Below, in pieces: positions 14,599 through 23,671 of a DNA stretch of 37,688 nucleotides. How positions within the stretch are numbered: the stretch's first letter is position 1; each line of letters opens with the position of its first letter. The stretch is from Verrucomicrobiota bacterium. Lineage in GTDB: Bacteria > Verrucomicrobiota > Verrucomicrobiia > Limisphaerales > AV2. The stretch spans positions 1-37,688 of the forward strand of contig QHOP01000093.1 of NCBI GenBank assembly GCA_003219345.1, in the 5' to 3' direction. A program made the position numbers and the translations under genes. The notes beneath the pieces were generated by a model. The model had not been told where the DNA came from and did not search any database. It worked only from the letters and a program-made list of their open reading frames with translations.

Positions 14599-16770
14599 AT
14601 GAGAACCATTCTTTTCGTTTGCACCGGAAACGTTTGTCGCAGCCCCATGGCGGAGGGCCTTTTCCGGAACGCCGTCAAAGGTCGCGGGGACTTCCGCGTG
14701 TTTTCGGCGGGGGTGGGGGCGATTGAAGGCCAGCCGCCCAGCGCGTATGCAGTGCAGGCCTTGAGGGAATTGGGCATTGACATCTCGCAGCAGCGCAGCC
14801 GCATGCTCACCGCGGACGTGGTGAACGAGGCCGATTACATTTTCGGCATGACGCACGGGCACGTCGATGCGGTCAACCTGCTCTACCCCCACGCGACCGA
14901 GAAGACTTTCCTGCTCCGCGAATTTGATGAAACGCTGGACGTTTTTGAGAAGGACATTTCCGACCCCATTGGCGGATCGTATGAAATTTATCTCGATTGC
15001 CGCGACCAGATCGAACAAGGGATCGCTTCGATACTGAAATTCATCGACCAGACTTCCGGCGGCGCCGCTGCCGGCGCGGCCCCGGACCGGACCGTGACCG
15101 TGGCGCTCGGCGCGGACCATGCCGGCTACGAGTTGAAGGAGGCGCTCAGGCAACATCTGGAACAACGCGGCTTGAAGGTCCTGGACTTCGGCACCACCTC
15201 GATGGACTCGGCCGACTATCCTGATTTCGCGCAGGCCGTGGCGCACAACGTGGCCGATCAGAAAAGCGACCTCGGGCTTTTGGTTTGCGCCACGGGCCTC
15301 GGCATGAGCATCGCGGCCAACAAAGTGCCGGGCGCCCGCGCGGCGTTGGTTTTCGACGAAAAAATGGCGGCGTTGGCCCGGCAGCACAATGACGCCAATG
15401 TGCTTTGTCTCGGCGGCAAATTCGTCGGCGCGGAGCAGGCGAAGAAGATGGTGGACGCCTTTCTCGACGCCCATTTCGAAGGCGGACGTCACGCGCGTCG
15501 CGTGGCCAAGGTGGAGCGCATCGAAGCTGCGGGGAGGTTGCGGTTGGGAATGGTTGACCCGGACGTCGCCGAGGCGATCCGTTCGGAGCGACAACGGCAA
15601 CAGGAGAACATCGAACTGATAGCCAGCGAAAACTTCACCAGTCCGGCGGTCCTGGAGGCGCAAGGCTCGGTGCTCACGAACAAATACGCCGAAGGCTACC
15701 CGCGCAAACGCTGGTATGGTGGTTGTGAAAACGTGGATATCGCCGAGCAACTGGCAATAGATCGCGCCAAACAGCTTTTCGGCGCCGAACACGCGAACGT
15801 GCAGCCACACTGCGGCAGCAGCGCGAACATGGCGGTCTATTTCGCGTTTCTCAAGCCAGGCGACAAAATGCTGACGATGGACCTGAGCCACGGCGGCCAT
15901 CTCACGCATGGCAATAAAGCAAATTTTTCCGGCAAATTTTTCGAAATCATCCATTACGGCGTGCGCAAAGCAGATGAGCAGATCGATTACGATCAGCTCG
16001 CTAAAATGGCGCAGGAACACCGGCCCAGGATGATTACGGTCGGCGCCAGCGCTTATCCGCGCAGCGTTGACTTCAAACGGATGGGCGAAATTGCGCGCGA
16101 AGCAGGCGCGCTGCTGCTGGCGGACATTGCGCATGTCGCCGGATTAGTGGCTGCGGGGTTGCATCCGAGTCCGATTGAGCACGCTGATTTCGTGACGACG
16201 ACCACGCACAAAACGCTGCGCGGACCGCGCGGCGGACTGATTCTGTGCCAGGAGAAATACGCGAAGGAAGTGGATTCGCAGGTGTTCCCCGGCATTCAAG
16301 GTGGACCGCTGATGCACGTCATCGCCGCGAAAGCGGTCTGTTTTCACGAAGCCTTGCAGCCGGCGTTCAAAGAGTACCAGCGGCAGATCGTGAAGAATGC
16401 GAGGGCGCTGGCCGAAGGGATGAAGCGAAACGGCTTCCGCCTGGTCAGCGGTGGCACTGACAATCATCTCATGCTGGTGGACGTCGGCTCGCGCGGCCTG
16501 ACCGGCAAGGAATGTCAGACAGCCCTGGACGATGCGGGCATCACGGTGAACAAGAATACCATCCCGTTTGAAACGCGCTCGCCGTTTCAGGCCAGCGGCG
16601 TGCGATTGGGCACGCCCGCGGTGACCACGCGCGGCATGAAGGAGCCTGAAATGGCCGCCATTGCGGACATGGTCAGCGAAGTTCTGTTCGACATTAAAAA
16701 TGTTGACGGGGCGCGGAAGGTGCGCCAACGTGTTCGTGAATTAACCGCAAGATTTCCCTTGCCGTATTGA
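14599..16770 (+). CDS. glyA: Single-ORF fusion: LMW protein (Tyr/Arg) phosphatase, ribose-5-phosphate isomerase B and serine hydroxymethyltransferase
   Basis: aa 1-150: [14 protein letters not shown]-loop plus DISDP. aa ~165-310: [15 protein letters not shown]...[24 protein letters not shown]...DANVLCLGG (RpiB/LacAB). aa 318-723: [39 protein letters not shown]...[14 protein letters not shown] (SHMT PLP lysine). No stop codon between the modules. Confidence 0.85.
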   Translation: MRTILFVCTGNVCRSPMAEGLFRNAVKGRGDFRVFSAGVGAIEGQPPSAYAVQALRELGIDISQQRSRMLTADVVNEADYIFGMTHGHVDAVNLLYPHATEKTFLLREFDETLDVFEKDISDPIGGSYEIYLDCRDQIEQGIASILKFIDQTSGGAAAGAAPDRTVTVALGADHAGYELKEALRQHLEQRGLKVLDFGTTSMDSADYPDFAQAVAHNVADQKSDLGLLVCATGLGMSIAANKVPGARAALVFDEKMAALARQHNDANVLCLGGKFVGAEQAKKMVDAFLDAHFEGGRHARRVAKVERIEAAGRLRLGMVDPDVAEAIRSERQRQQENIELIASENFTSPAVLEAQGSVLTNKYAEGYPRKRWYGGCENVDIAEQLAIDRAKQLFGAEHANVQPHCGSSANMAVYFAFLKPGDKMLTMDLSHGGHLTHGNKANFSGKFFEIIHYGVRKADEQIDYDQLAKMAQEHRPRMITVGASAYPRSVDFKRMGEIAREAGALLLADIAHVAGLVAAGLHPSPIEHADFVTTTTHKTLRGPRGGLILCQEKYAKEVDSQVFPGIQGGPLMHVIAAKAVCFHEALQPAFKEYQRQIVKNARALAEGMKRNGFRLVSGGTDNHLMLVDVGSRGLTGKECQTALDDAGITVNKNTIPFETRSPFQASGVRLGTPAVTTRGMKEPEMAAIADMVSEVLFDIKNVDGARKVRQRVRELTARFPLPY

Positions 16771-16852
16771 TTTTTAACTAAATGACCCCTGGCAGTTTTT
16801 TTGAAACTGCGCCAGATTGAACGGATTTTTCCTTCTGGTGGACTAAGAGGAA

Positions 16853-18373
16853 GTGTCGGCAGTCCCTCAGCCGTGTCCGCCAGGGTCAGTAACCTGCCCT
16901 TTACAAATTATGCCACGAGTTGCCAAAAAAAACGCCCGACCCAGAGGCAAGGCGAAGAGAGATGAATTGATGGAGGGATTGCCGGAAGACGCCTCACTAA
17001 CGCAAACCGCAGGAGAGGAAGCGGCCGCTCCGAAATCGTCCGAGGACCTCCCGCGGCCGACGAAACCGGCTGAGCCGGACGAGGGCGCTCCCGGCGCGGA
17101 GTTGACGACCGCGAACACCATCAACATCAGCCAACTGCAGGCGATGTCCATGGCCGAATTGAACCAGATGGCCAAGGAGATGGGCATTGAAAACTTCGGC
17201 ACGATGAAGAAGCACGAAGTGATCTTCCAGATCCTCCAGAAGAACGCCGAACGCAGCGGCATTCTGTTCGCCGAAGGCGTGCTGGAAATCCTGCCGGAAG
17301 GTTTCGGCTTTCTCCGCTCGCAGAGTTTCAACTACCTGCCGTGCCCGGAGGACATCTACGTCTCGCCTTCGCAGATTCGTCGCTTCGATTTGCAGACAGG
17401 AGACGCCGTCTCCGGCCAGATTCGTCCGCCGAAGGAGAAGGAGCGTTTTTTTGCGCTGCTGAAAGTCGAAGCGGTCGGCCACGAGGATCCGGACCGGGCG
17501 AAAGACAAGACGCATTTCGACAATCTGACCCCGCTCTTCCCGACCAGGCGCTTCATCCTCGAGACCGCGCAGGACGAGCTTTCGACGCGTGTGCTGGATT
17601 TGGTTTGTCCCATCGGCAAAGGCACGCGCGGATTGATCGTCGCGCCGCCGCGCACCGGCAAGACGGTTTTGTTGCAGAAAGTGGCCAACGCCATCATCAA
17701 GAACAATCCGGATTCGTATCTCTTCATCCTGCTGATCGATGAACGCCCGGAGGAAGTGACCGACATGGAGCGCAGTTGCAAGCCGGCGGAGGTGATCAGC
17801 TCGACGTTCGACGAGCCGCCCGAACGCCACGTGCAGGTGGCGGAGATGGTCATTGAAAAGGCGCGACGCATGGTCGAGCACAAAAAGGACGTGGTGATCC
17901 TGCTCGACTCGATCACGCGTCTGGCCCGCGCTTACAATACTGTGCAGCCGCACTCCGGCAAAATCCTGTCTGGCGGCGTGGATGCCAACGCGTTGCACAA
18001 GCCAAAGCGGTTCTTCGGCGCGGCGCGCAACATCGAGGAGGGCGGTTCGCTGACGATCCTGGCCACGGCGCTCGTCGATACCGGTTCGCGCATGGACGAA
18101 GTCATTTTTGAAGAGTTCAAAGGCACGGGCAACATGGAAGTGCATTTGGACCGCGCGCTGGTGGACCGCCGCATTTTCCCGTCCATCAACATCGAACGCT
18201 CCGGGACGCGCAAAGAGGAACTGCTCTATCATCCGGACGAATGCAGCCGCGTGGTGATTCTCCGCCGGGCGTTGACCGGCGTGCCGCCGGTCGAAGCGAT
18301 GGAACTGCTGCTCAATAAATTGAAGAAGACCAAAAGCAACATTGAGTTCCTGCTGTCGATGGCGATGGGTTGA
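16853..18373 (+). CDS. rho: Transcription termination factor Rho with an N-terminal acidic/proline-rich extension
   Basis: Rho N-terminal and RNA-binding region [23 protein letters not shown]...[14 protein letters not shown]. Walker [20 protein letters not shown], Walker [12 protein letters not shown]-terminus SGTRKEELL. Start is ambiguous: GTG at 16853 or ATG at 16910. Confidence 0.95.
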   Translation: MSAVPQPCPPGSVTCPLQIMPRVAKKNARPRGKAKRDELMEGLPEDASLTQTAGEEAAAPKSSEDLPRPTKPAEPDEGAPGAELTTANTINISQLQAMSMAELNQMAKEMGIENFGTMKKHEVIFQILQKNAERSGILFAEGVLEILPEGFGFLRSQSFNYLPCPEDIYVSPSQIRRFDLQTGDAVSGQIRPPKEKERFFALLKVEAVGHEDPDRAKDKTHFDNLTPLFPTRRFILETAQDELSTRVLDLVCPIGKGTRGLIVAPPRTGKTVLLQKVANAIIKNNPDSYLFILLIDERPEEVTDMERSCKPAEVISSTFDEPPERHVQVAEMVIEKARRMVEHKKDVVILLDSITRLARAYNTVQPHSGKILSGGVDANALHKPKRFFGAARNIEEGGSLTILATALVDTGSRMDEVIFEEFKGTGNMEVHLDRALVDRRIFPSINIERSGTRKEELLYHPDECSRVVILRRALTGVPPVEAMELLLNKLKKTKSNIEFLLSMAMG

Positions 18374-18444
18374 TGTCGCTCCTCATACCCGTAGGAGCCT
18401 ATCGAGTCCGCTCTGCAAGATTTCCGCAAGACCCCTCTCCCTGT

Positions 18445-18471
18445 CCCTCTCCCCATCCGATGGGGAGAGGG
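18445..18471. repeat. Perfect 12-bp-stem hairpin in the rho-downstream intergenic region
   Basis: ccctctccccat (18445-18456), ccg loop, atggggagaggg (18460-18471). Immediately followed by the palindrome ggcctttaggcc. No U-tract. Confidence 0.6.
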
Positions 18472-18749
18472 TGGCCTTTAGGCCGGGTGAGGGGAATGCG
18501 TGCGTTATATCACTTGGTGGGGGTGTCGCCTCGTCCGCTCCTGGAGCCAGAGGGTGGGTAGCCACTGCCGGCTGTGAAACCGAAGGTTGGCGGGATTGGA
18601 AATTGGAAAGTTTCACGTTCAAGGCCTCAATGGTGGGCCCTTTTGCCGGCCCCAACAACGGCTTCGCCCCTGGAGCTTCGCGGGCTGCCACTTTTCCGTT
18701 GCTCCTCAAATAAGGCGCGCGCTATCCTTGTCAAACTGGACTCATTGTT

Positions 18750-19862
18750 GTGATTAAACGGTTGCTAACGAAAATCGGCGCAGCGCGGTGCGCAGGCCTT
18801 TTCCTGCTGGCAGTGTTGTTGGCCGGCTGTCGGAGGGAGGAAATCACGGTTTACCGTGTGCCGAAGGAAAAAGAGCCGGAACTGGCCGACACCCAGCCCC
18901 GGATAGAGTGGCAGACGCCTCCCGGCTGGGAGGAGCAAGCGCCCAGCAAAATGAGTCTCGCGAACTTCTCGGTTCCCGGCGAGGCGGGCCGCCAGGCGCA
19001 GCTCTCGGTGATGACGTTTCCGGGCGAGGGCGCCAGTGAGTTGAGTTTGGTGAACATCGTTCGCGAGAACGCAGGTCTGCCGCCGGTCAGTGACGAGGAA
19101 CTGGCCAAACTGGTCGAGACCGTAAACGTTGGCCCTGTCTCGGCCAAGCTGGTTGATTTGACCGGCGCGATGAAAGCGTCGAGCAACGCCGCGCCGAACC
19201 GCATTCTGGTGACCGTTTTTGCGCGCGGCGGCACAACCTGGTTTTTCAAACTGGCGGGAGATGCGGGAGTAGTCACCGCGCAGAAACAGGCCTTTATCGG
19301 TTTTTTGAACTCGGTCACGTTCGTGGAACCCCGCGGAACTCGGGTCCGCGCCGCTCATTTCGCGAGCACGAATGCCAAGCGGGTTCCGATCGCGCCAGAT
19401 GGCGACGCGGGAGTTTCGGATAATCCGCTGAACAAGCCGTCGTGGGATGCCCCCGCCCGGTGGCAGGAAGTGCCGGCCACGCAAATGTTGCTGGCGAAGT
19501 TCGTCATTAGCGGGAGCGACGGCAAGGCCGAGGTCACTGTTAGCGCGCTTCCTGGCGACGCAGGAGGGGTGTTGGCGAATGTGAATCGATGGCGGGTGCA
19601 ACAACTCGGATTGAGCGCTGCAAGTGAAGCGAACCTGTCGCAATTGATCACGGCCCTTGACGTGATGGGAGGCAAAGCCATGTTACTGGATATGAGCGGC
19701 CAGAATCAAATGACCAAAGAAAAAGTCCGGCTTATCAGCGTCATCGTCCCGCGAGAAGAGCAAACCTGGTTTTACAAATTGATGGGCGACCCGGCGATCG
19801 CTGAGCGTGAGAAAACCGCGTTTATCAAATTCGTCCAATCCGTGCGCTATCCAAATGTTTGA
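18750..19862 (+). CDS. Lipoprotein with an internally duplicated domain, coupled to ccsB
   Basis: GTG start and lipobox LLAGC. Two homologous halves (aa ~50-195 and ~228-368), each W..P..W.E.P...M.LA.F...G.....V...PG....N..R......TWF.KL.GD....K.AFI.F..SV. The stop overlaps the ccsB start region by 8 nt. Confidence 0.75.
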   Translation: MIKRLLTKIGAARCAGLFLLAVLLAGCRREEITVYRVPKEKEPELADTQPRIEWQTPPGWEEQAPSKMSLANFSVPGEAGRQAQLSVMTFPGEGASELSLVNIVRENAGLPPVSDEELAKLVETVNVGPVSAKLVDLTGAMKASSNAAPNRILVTVFARGGTTWFFKLAGDAGVVTAQKQAFIGFLNSVTFVEPRGTRVRAAHFASTNAKRVPIAPDGDAGVSDNPLNKPSWDAPARWQEVPATQMLLAKFVISGSDGKAEVTVSALPGDAGGVLANVNRWRVQQLGLSAASEANLSQLITALDVMGGKAMLLDMSGQNQMTKEKVRLISVIVPREEQTWFYKLMGDPAIAEREKTAFIKFVQSVRYPNV

Positions 19863-21114
19863 TCGTCTCTTCAGATTTTTTACGTCGCTTCGGCTGACGG
19901 TGGTGTTGCTGGCGTTCGGCATCGTGCTCGTGTTTGTCGGGACAGTGGCGCAAGCGGACGAAGGGCTTTACAACGCGCAGGCCCGTTATTTCAAACATTG
20001 GTTCGTCTGGGGCATCACGATGTTTGGCCACCGGATTCCCATTGGGCTGCCGGGCGGTTACCTCATTGGCACGCTGCTCCTCATCAACCTCGTCGCCGCC
20101 CATATCAAGCGTTTTCAACTCACAACGAAGAAAATCGGCATCCAGCTCACGCACGCGGGCGTCATCCTCCTGCTCGTCGGCCAGCTGACGACCGACCTCT
20201 TTTCGCGCGAGACGCAAATCCGCTTTTCCGAGGGTCAAACCAGGTCTTACGCCGAGAGCGGGATGAATTACGAACTGGCCTTCATCACCGACGCGGACGC
20301 GGACACCGAGGAAGTGGTCGCGATTCCCGCCAGGCTCCTGGCGAAGGGCGGCGAGCTGAAACACGAGAAACTGCCGTTCGCCGTCCACGTGAAGCGCTAC
20401 TGGCTGAACTCCGACCCGTCGTTCCGCGCGCCGATGATTCAGAATGAGCCGCCCGTCACGACGAATGGTCTGGCGCGCAGCTTCGATTTCCGGCCGGCGG
20501 CCGAGACGAAGAGCATGGACAGCAAAAACGTCCCGACTGCCCTGATTGAGATCGTGGCGCCCGGTGGCTCATTGGGCGCGTGGGTTGTGTCGGGTTGGGC
20601 GGGTGATGACCTGATGGTTGAGGCATTGCGCGAGAGTTTCAGCCGCCAGATGGGCGAGCAGATGGCCACGAGCATCATCAACCGCCTCACCGAACCGCAA
20701 ACTGTGGAGGCGGGCGGAAAGCAATTCGCCTTCGTGCTGCGCCCGGCGCGCGTTTACGAGCCGTATTCGCTGACCCTCCTCAAGGCGACACACTCGATTT
20801 ATCGCGGCACGGACATCCCGAAGGACTTCCGGAGTCGCGTGCGTCTGGAGAACTCCCGGACCGGCGAGAGCCGCGAGGTCGAAATCTTCATGAACAGTCC
20901 GCTGCGCTACGGCGGCCAGACGTTTTATCAATACCAGATGGCGGCAGGCGAGCTGGCTCGCCGGGCAGGGCAGGTGCCGTCGTCCACGTTGCAGGTGGTG
21001 CGGAATCCGAGCTGGCTCACGCCTTATGCCGGTTGCATCATGGTCGCAGCGGGGCTGGTGACTCAGTTCATGATTCACCTCGTTGGATTTGTTGCCCGAA
21101 GGAAAACCGCATGA
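19855..21114 (+). CDS. ccsB: System II cytochrome c biogenesis protein CcsB/ResB
   Basis: MFDRLFRFFTSLRLTVVLLAFGIVLVFVGTVAQ is a ResB-type N-terminus. Large periplasmic domain, C-terminal TM NPSWLTPYAGCIMVAAGLV. Stop overlaps the ccsA start (ATGA at 21111-21114). Confidence 0.8.
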   Translation: MFDRLFRFFTSLRLTVVLLAFGIVLVFVGTVAQADEGLYNAQARYFKHWFVWGITMFGHRIPIGLPGGYLIGTLLLINLVAAHIKRFQLTTKKIGIQLTHAGVILLLVGQLTTDLFSRETQIRFSEGQTRSYAESGMNYELAFITDADADTEEVVAIPARLLAKGGELKHEKLPFAVHVKRYWLNSDPSFRAPMIQNEPPVTTNGLARSFDFRPAAETKSMDSKNVPTALIEIVAPGGSLGAWVVSGWAGDDLMVEALRESFSRQMGEQMATSIINRLTEPQTVEAGGKQFAFVLRPARVYEPYSLTLLKATHSIYRGTDIPKDFRSRVRLENSRTGESREVEIFMNSPLRYGGQTFYQYQMAAGELARRAGQVPSSTLQVVRNPSWLTPYAGCIMVAAGLVTQFMIHLVGFVARRKTA

Positions 21115-23054
21115 AGAAACGGCTGCCTCTCATTCTGACCGGCTTGATGGCCGCGTGGTTTCTGTGCACCCTGCGCGCGCCGAAGGAAAAAGACTTTGCC
21201 TACGCCGAATTCGGCGGCCTGCCGATTGTGTTCAACGGTCGCGTTCAGCCGATCGATTCGCTCGCGCGCAACTCGCTCCTGCAACTGCGCGAGAAACAGA
21301 CCGCCAACCTTGAACCGTGGAAGGGTTGGAACGAAAAGCCGAAGATCATCCCCGCCATTGAATGGCTCGCCAACGTGATGATGAAACCGGACGCGGCCGA
21401 TGAGTGGCCCGTGTTCCGTGTCGATCACCCCGAACTCATCGCCTTGCTCAAGCTGCCAGAGAAGGACAAACAGAATCGCCAGGACGGCAAACATTACTCG
21501 TGGAACCAGATCCAGCCGTCGCTCGAAGCGATGGACCGGGAGAGCAAACGCATCGGCGGCCGGGAACAACGGAAGGAGACCGACCCCAGTCAGCGCACGC
21601 CTTATGAGAACGCAGTGATGAAAATGCACGAGCGTTTGGTGCTTTATATCCGGCTCAAGAACGCGCTCCAGCCGCAGGACGCGGGCGACTGGGCGCAGGA
21701 ACTGGGCGAATTCGAGAGCGCCGTCCCGGCTGGCGTCGCCGCCGTGCGCGCGCAACAGGCCGGGCAAAAGTACGACGACGCTGCGTTCGGGAAGTTCGTT
21801 GGTTTCGTGCGAAGGTTCGACGTAATGAGGCGCTTCGAGCCGCCGCTGCTGGTGCCGCCGCGGCACCCGGACATTTCCCGTGACAACTGGATGCGTGTGG
21901 GGGATGCGCTGATCGGCACCGCCCGCGGCGAGAGCATCCATCCCTCTGTCCGCTACTACGCGGCGATGGCGAGCGCGTTCCAGGAGGGAAAGGCCGATGA
22001 TTTCAACCAGAAAGTCGCCGAGTATCGCGCGGCCCTCACGCCGAGCTTCGCACCCGAACTCGCGAAGGCCAGCCGCGAACTGTTCTTCAACCGGATGCAG
22101 CCGTTTTATAAAGCAATGGTTTTCTACGTGCTCGCAGGAGTTCTCGCAGGTGCCTCGTGGTTCGGTTTGTCGGACCTGCTGCGGCGTTCCGCAGTGTGGC
22201 TCATCGGGTTGGCCCTGGTGATTCACACCTGCGGTCTGGTCATGCGCATGGTACTCGAAGGCCGTCCGCCGGTGACGAACCTTTACTCCTCGGCGATCTT
22301 CATTGGTTGGGGCGCATGCGTGCTGGGCCTCGTGCTCGAACGGTTCTATAAGGACGGCATTGGAGCAGTCGTCTCATCGGGGGTCGGTTTCATCACCCTC
22401 ATCATCGCCCACCACCTTGCTCTCGGCGGCGACACGATGGAAATGATGCGCGCGGTGCTGGACACCAATTTCTGGCTCGCCACGCACGTCGTCGTGGTGA
22501 CGCTGGGCTACGCGAGCACATTCGTTGCCGGCGCCCTCGCGCTCATCTACATCGTGCGCGGCGTGTTCACCCGGACCTTGAATGCGGCGAGGGGCAAAAG
22601 TCTGACGCGGATGGTCTATGGCATCGTTTGCTTCGCCACGCTGTTCAGTTTTGTCGGCACGGTGCTGGGTGGCATCTGGGCGGACCAATCATGGGGCCGG
22701 TTCTGGGGTTGGGACCCGAAGGAGAACGGCGCCCTCATCATCGTGCTTTGGAATGCGCTTATCCTGCACCTGCGCTGGGGCGGGATGATCCGCGAACGTG
22801 GCCTTATCAACTGCGCCATCGTCGGCAACATTGTCACGAGCTGGTCGTGGTTCGGTGTGAACATGCTCGAAATCGGCCTGCACTCCTACGGTTTCACGCA
22901 GGCTGCCTTCAAATGGCTCATTGGGTTCGTCGTGAGCCAGCTCTTCATCATCGCTCTCGGATTGTTGCCGCGACATCTGTGGGTGAGCTTCCGCGACCAG
23001 GCAGTCGCTCCCGCGGCTGTGGGCGCCAAAGGCAAGCCCGCGCCCGCCACCTGA
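21111..23054 (+). CDS. ccsA: System II cytochrome c synthase subunit CcsA with a ~330-aa N-terminal periplasmic extension
   Basis: WWD heme-handling motif WGRFWGWDPKENGALI, multiple TM helices, conserved His residues flanking the motif. Confidence 0.85.
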   Translation: MKKRLPLILTGLMAAWFLCTLRAPKEKDFAYAEFGGLPIVFNGRVQPIDSLARNSLLQLREKQTANLEPWKGWNEKPKIIPAIEWLANVMMKPDAADEWPVFRVDHPELIALLKLPEKDKQNRQDGKHYSWNQIQPSLEAMDRESKRIGGREQRKETDPSQRTPYENAVMKMHERLVLYIRLKNALQPQDAGDWAQELGEFESAVPAGVAAVRAQQAGQKYDDAAFGKFVGFVRRFDVMRRFEPPLLVPPRHPDISRDNWMRVGDALIGTARGESIHPSVRYYAAMASAFQEGKADDFNQKVAEYRAALTPSFAPELAKASRELFFNRMQPFYKAMVFYVLAGVLAGASWFGLSDLLRRSAVWLIGLALVIHTCGLVMRMVLEGRPPVTNLYSSAIFIGWGACVLGLVLERFYKDGIGAVVSSGVGFITLIIAHHLALGGDTMEMMRAVLDTNFWLATHVVVVTLGYASTFVAGALALIYIVRGVFTRTLNAARGKSLTRMVYGIVCFATLFSFVGTVLGGIWADQSWGRFWGWDPKENGALIIVLWNALILHLRWGGMIRERGLINCAIVGNIVTSWSWFGVNMLEIGLHSYGFTQAAFKWLIGFVVSQLFIIALGLLPRHLWVSFRDQAVAPAAVGAKGKPAPAT

Positions 23055-23070
23055 ACCCCCGTTAAATCCT

Positions 23071-23099
23071 TTGACGCTTCGCTGCTCATCCCGTACGCT
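23071..23099 (+). promoter_or_regulatory. Sigma70-like promoter (repeat copy 1) in front of the Uma2 gene
   Basis: TTGACG, 17-nt spacer, TACGCT. The -10 ends 6 nt before the ATG at 23106, implying a near-leaderless mRNA. Part of the 38-bp repeat 23062-23099. Confidence 0.4.
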
Positions 23100-23105
23100 G
23101 CGACC

Positions 23106-23582
23106 ATGAACTGGCTGGATTTGTGCAAAGATAAAAATCTGCAAGACCTGCCGTACCGTCTTGAGTTAAGCAGGGAAGGGAAAATCGTCATGAGCCCGAC
23201 ACGCAATCGGCATGGCTATCTGCAAAGCAGAATCGCCCGCGTGCTGGGCGAGTTGATGTCCACCGGCGAGACGCTGGTGGAATGCGCCATCGAAACCGAA
23301 GACGCCACCAAGGTGGCGGATGTCGTCTGGGTTTCGGACGAGCGGTTCAGAATCATCAAAGACGAAGCCAGTTGTTCGGTCGCGCCGGAAATTTGCATCG
23401 AGGTCTTGTCGCCGTTCAACACCGAAGAAGAAATGGCCCGCAAGCGGGAGTTGTATTTGCGTCCTGGCGCGAAGGAATGCTGGTTGTGCGACGAGGACGG
23501 ACGCACGCGGTTTTTCGACGCCGGCGGGCTGATGAAGGAATCGGTTCTGTGCCCCGAATTTCCGGCTCGATTGTCGGTTTGA
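23106..23582 (+). CDS. Uma2-family (DUF820) putative restriction-like endonuclease
   Basis: ELSREGKIVMSPTRNRHGYLQSRI...ADVVWVSDERF...APEICIEVLSPFNTEEEMARKRELYLRPGAKECWL is the typical PD-(D/E)xK Uma2 layout. Confidence 0.8.
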   Translation: MNWLDLCKDKNLQDLPYRLELSREGKIVMSPTRNRHGYLQSRIARVLGELMSTGETLVECAIETEDATKVADVVWVSDERFRIIKDEASCSVAPEICIEVLSPFNTEEEMARKRELYLRPGAKECWLCDEDGRTRFFDAGGLMKESVLCPEFPARLSV

Positions 23583-23619
23583 CGGCCAGCCGGGCAGGCA
23601 TCTCGAGTCCTTAAATCTT

Positions 23620-23648
23620 TTGACGCTTCACGGCTCATCCCGTAGCTT
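23620..23648 (+). promoter_or_regulatory. Sigma70-like promoter (repeat copy 2) in front of secA
   Basis: TTGACG, 17-nt spacer, TAGCTT, 23 nt upstream of the secA ATG. Part of repeat 23611-23647, about 88% identical to 23062-23099. Confidence 0.4.
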
Positions 23649-23671
23649 TCCCCACGCTTTTTGAGGCCGGA

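Noticed and set aside
14278-16134. 618-aa minus-strand ORF across the S41 gene end and the phosphatase-RpiB-SHMT fusion
   Set aside because: It has no domain signatures and a biased RHAG-rich composition, and it is fully antisense to an ORF with three intact enzyme motif sets.
16997-18232. 411-aa minus-strand ORF antisense to rho
   Set aside because: The plus strand encodes an unmistakable Rho with Walker A/B motifs. The antisense translation is low-complexity.
18342-18713. ORFs of 108-123 aa on both strands in the rho-downstream spacer
   Set aside because: They overlap each other on opposite strands, are built from G/C-rich repeat and hairpin sequence, and lack start context. They are treated as non-coding repeat-derived ORFs.
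21075-22226. 383-aa minus-strand ORF antisense to ccsA
   Set aside because: It is an antisense artefact of a GC-rich gene, and the plus strand carries the WWD heme-handling motif.
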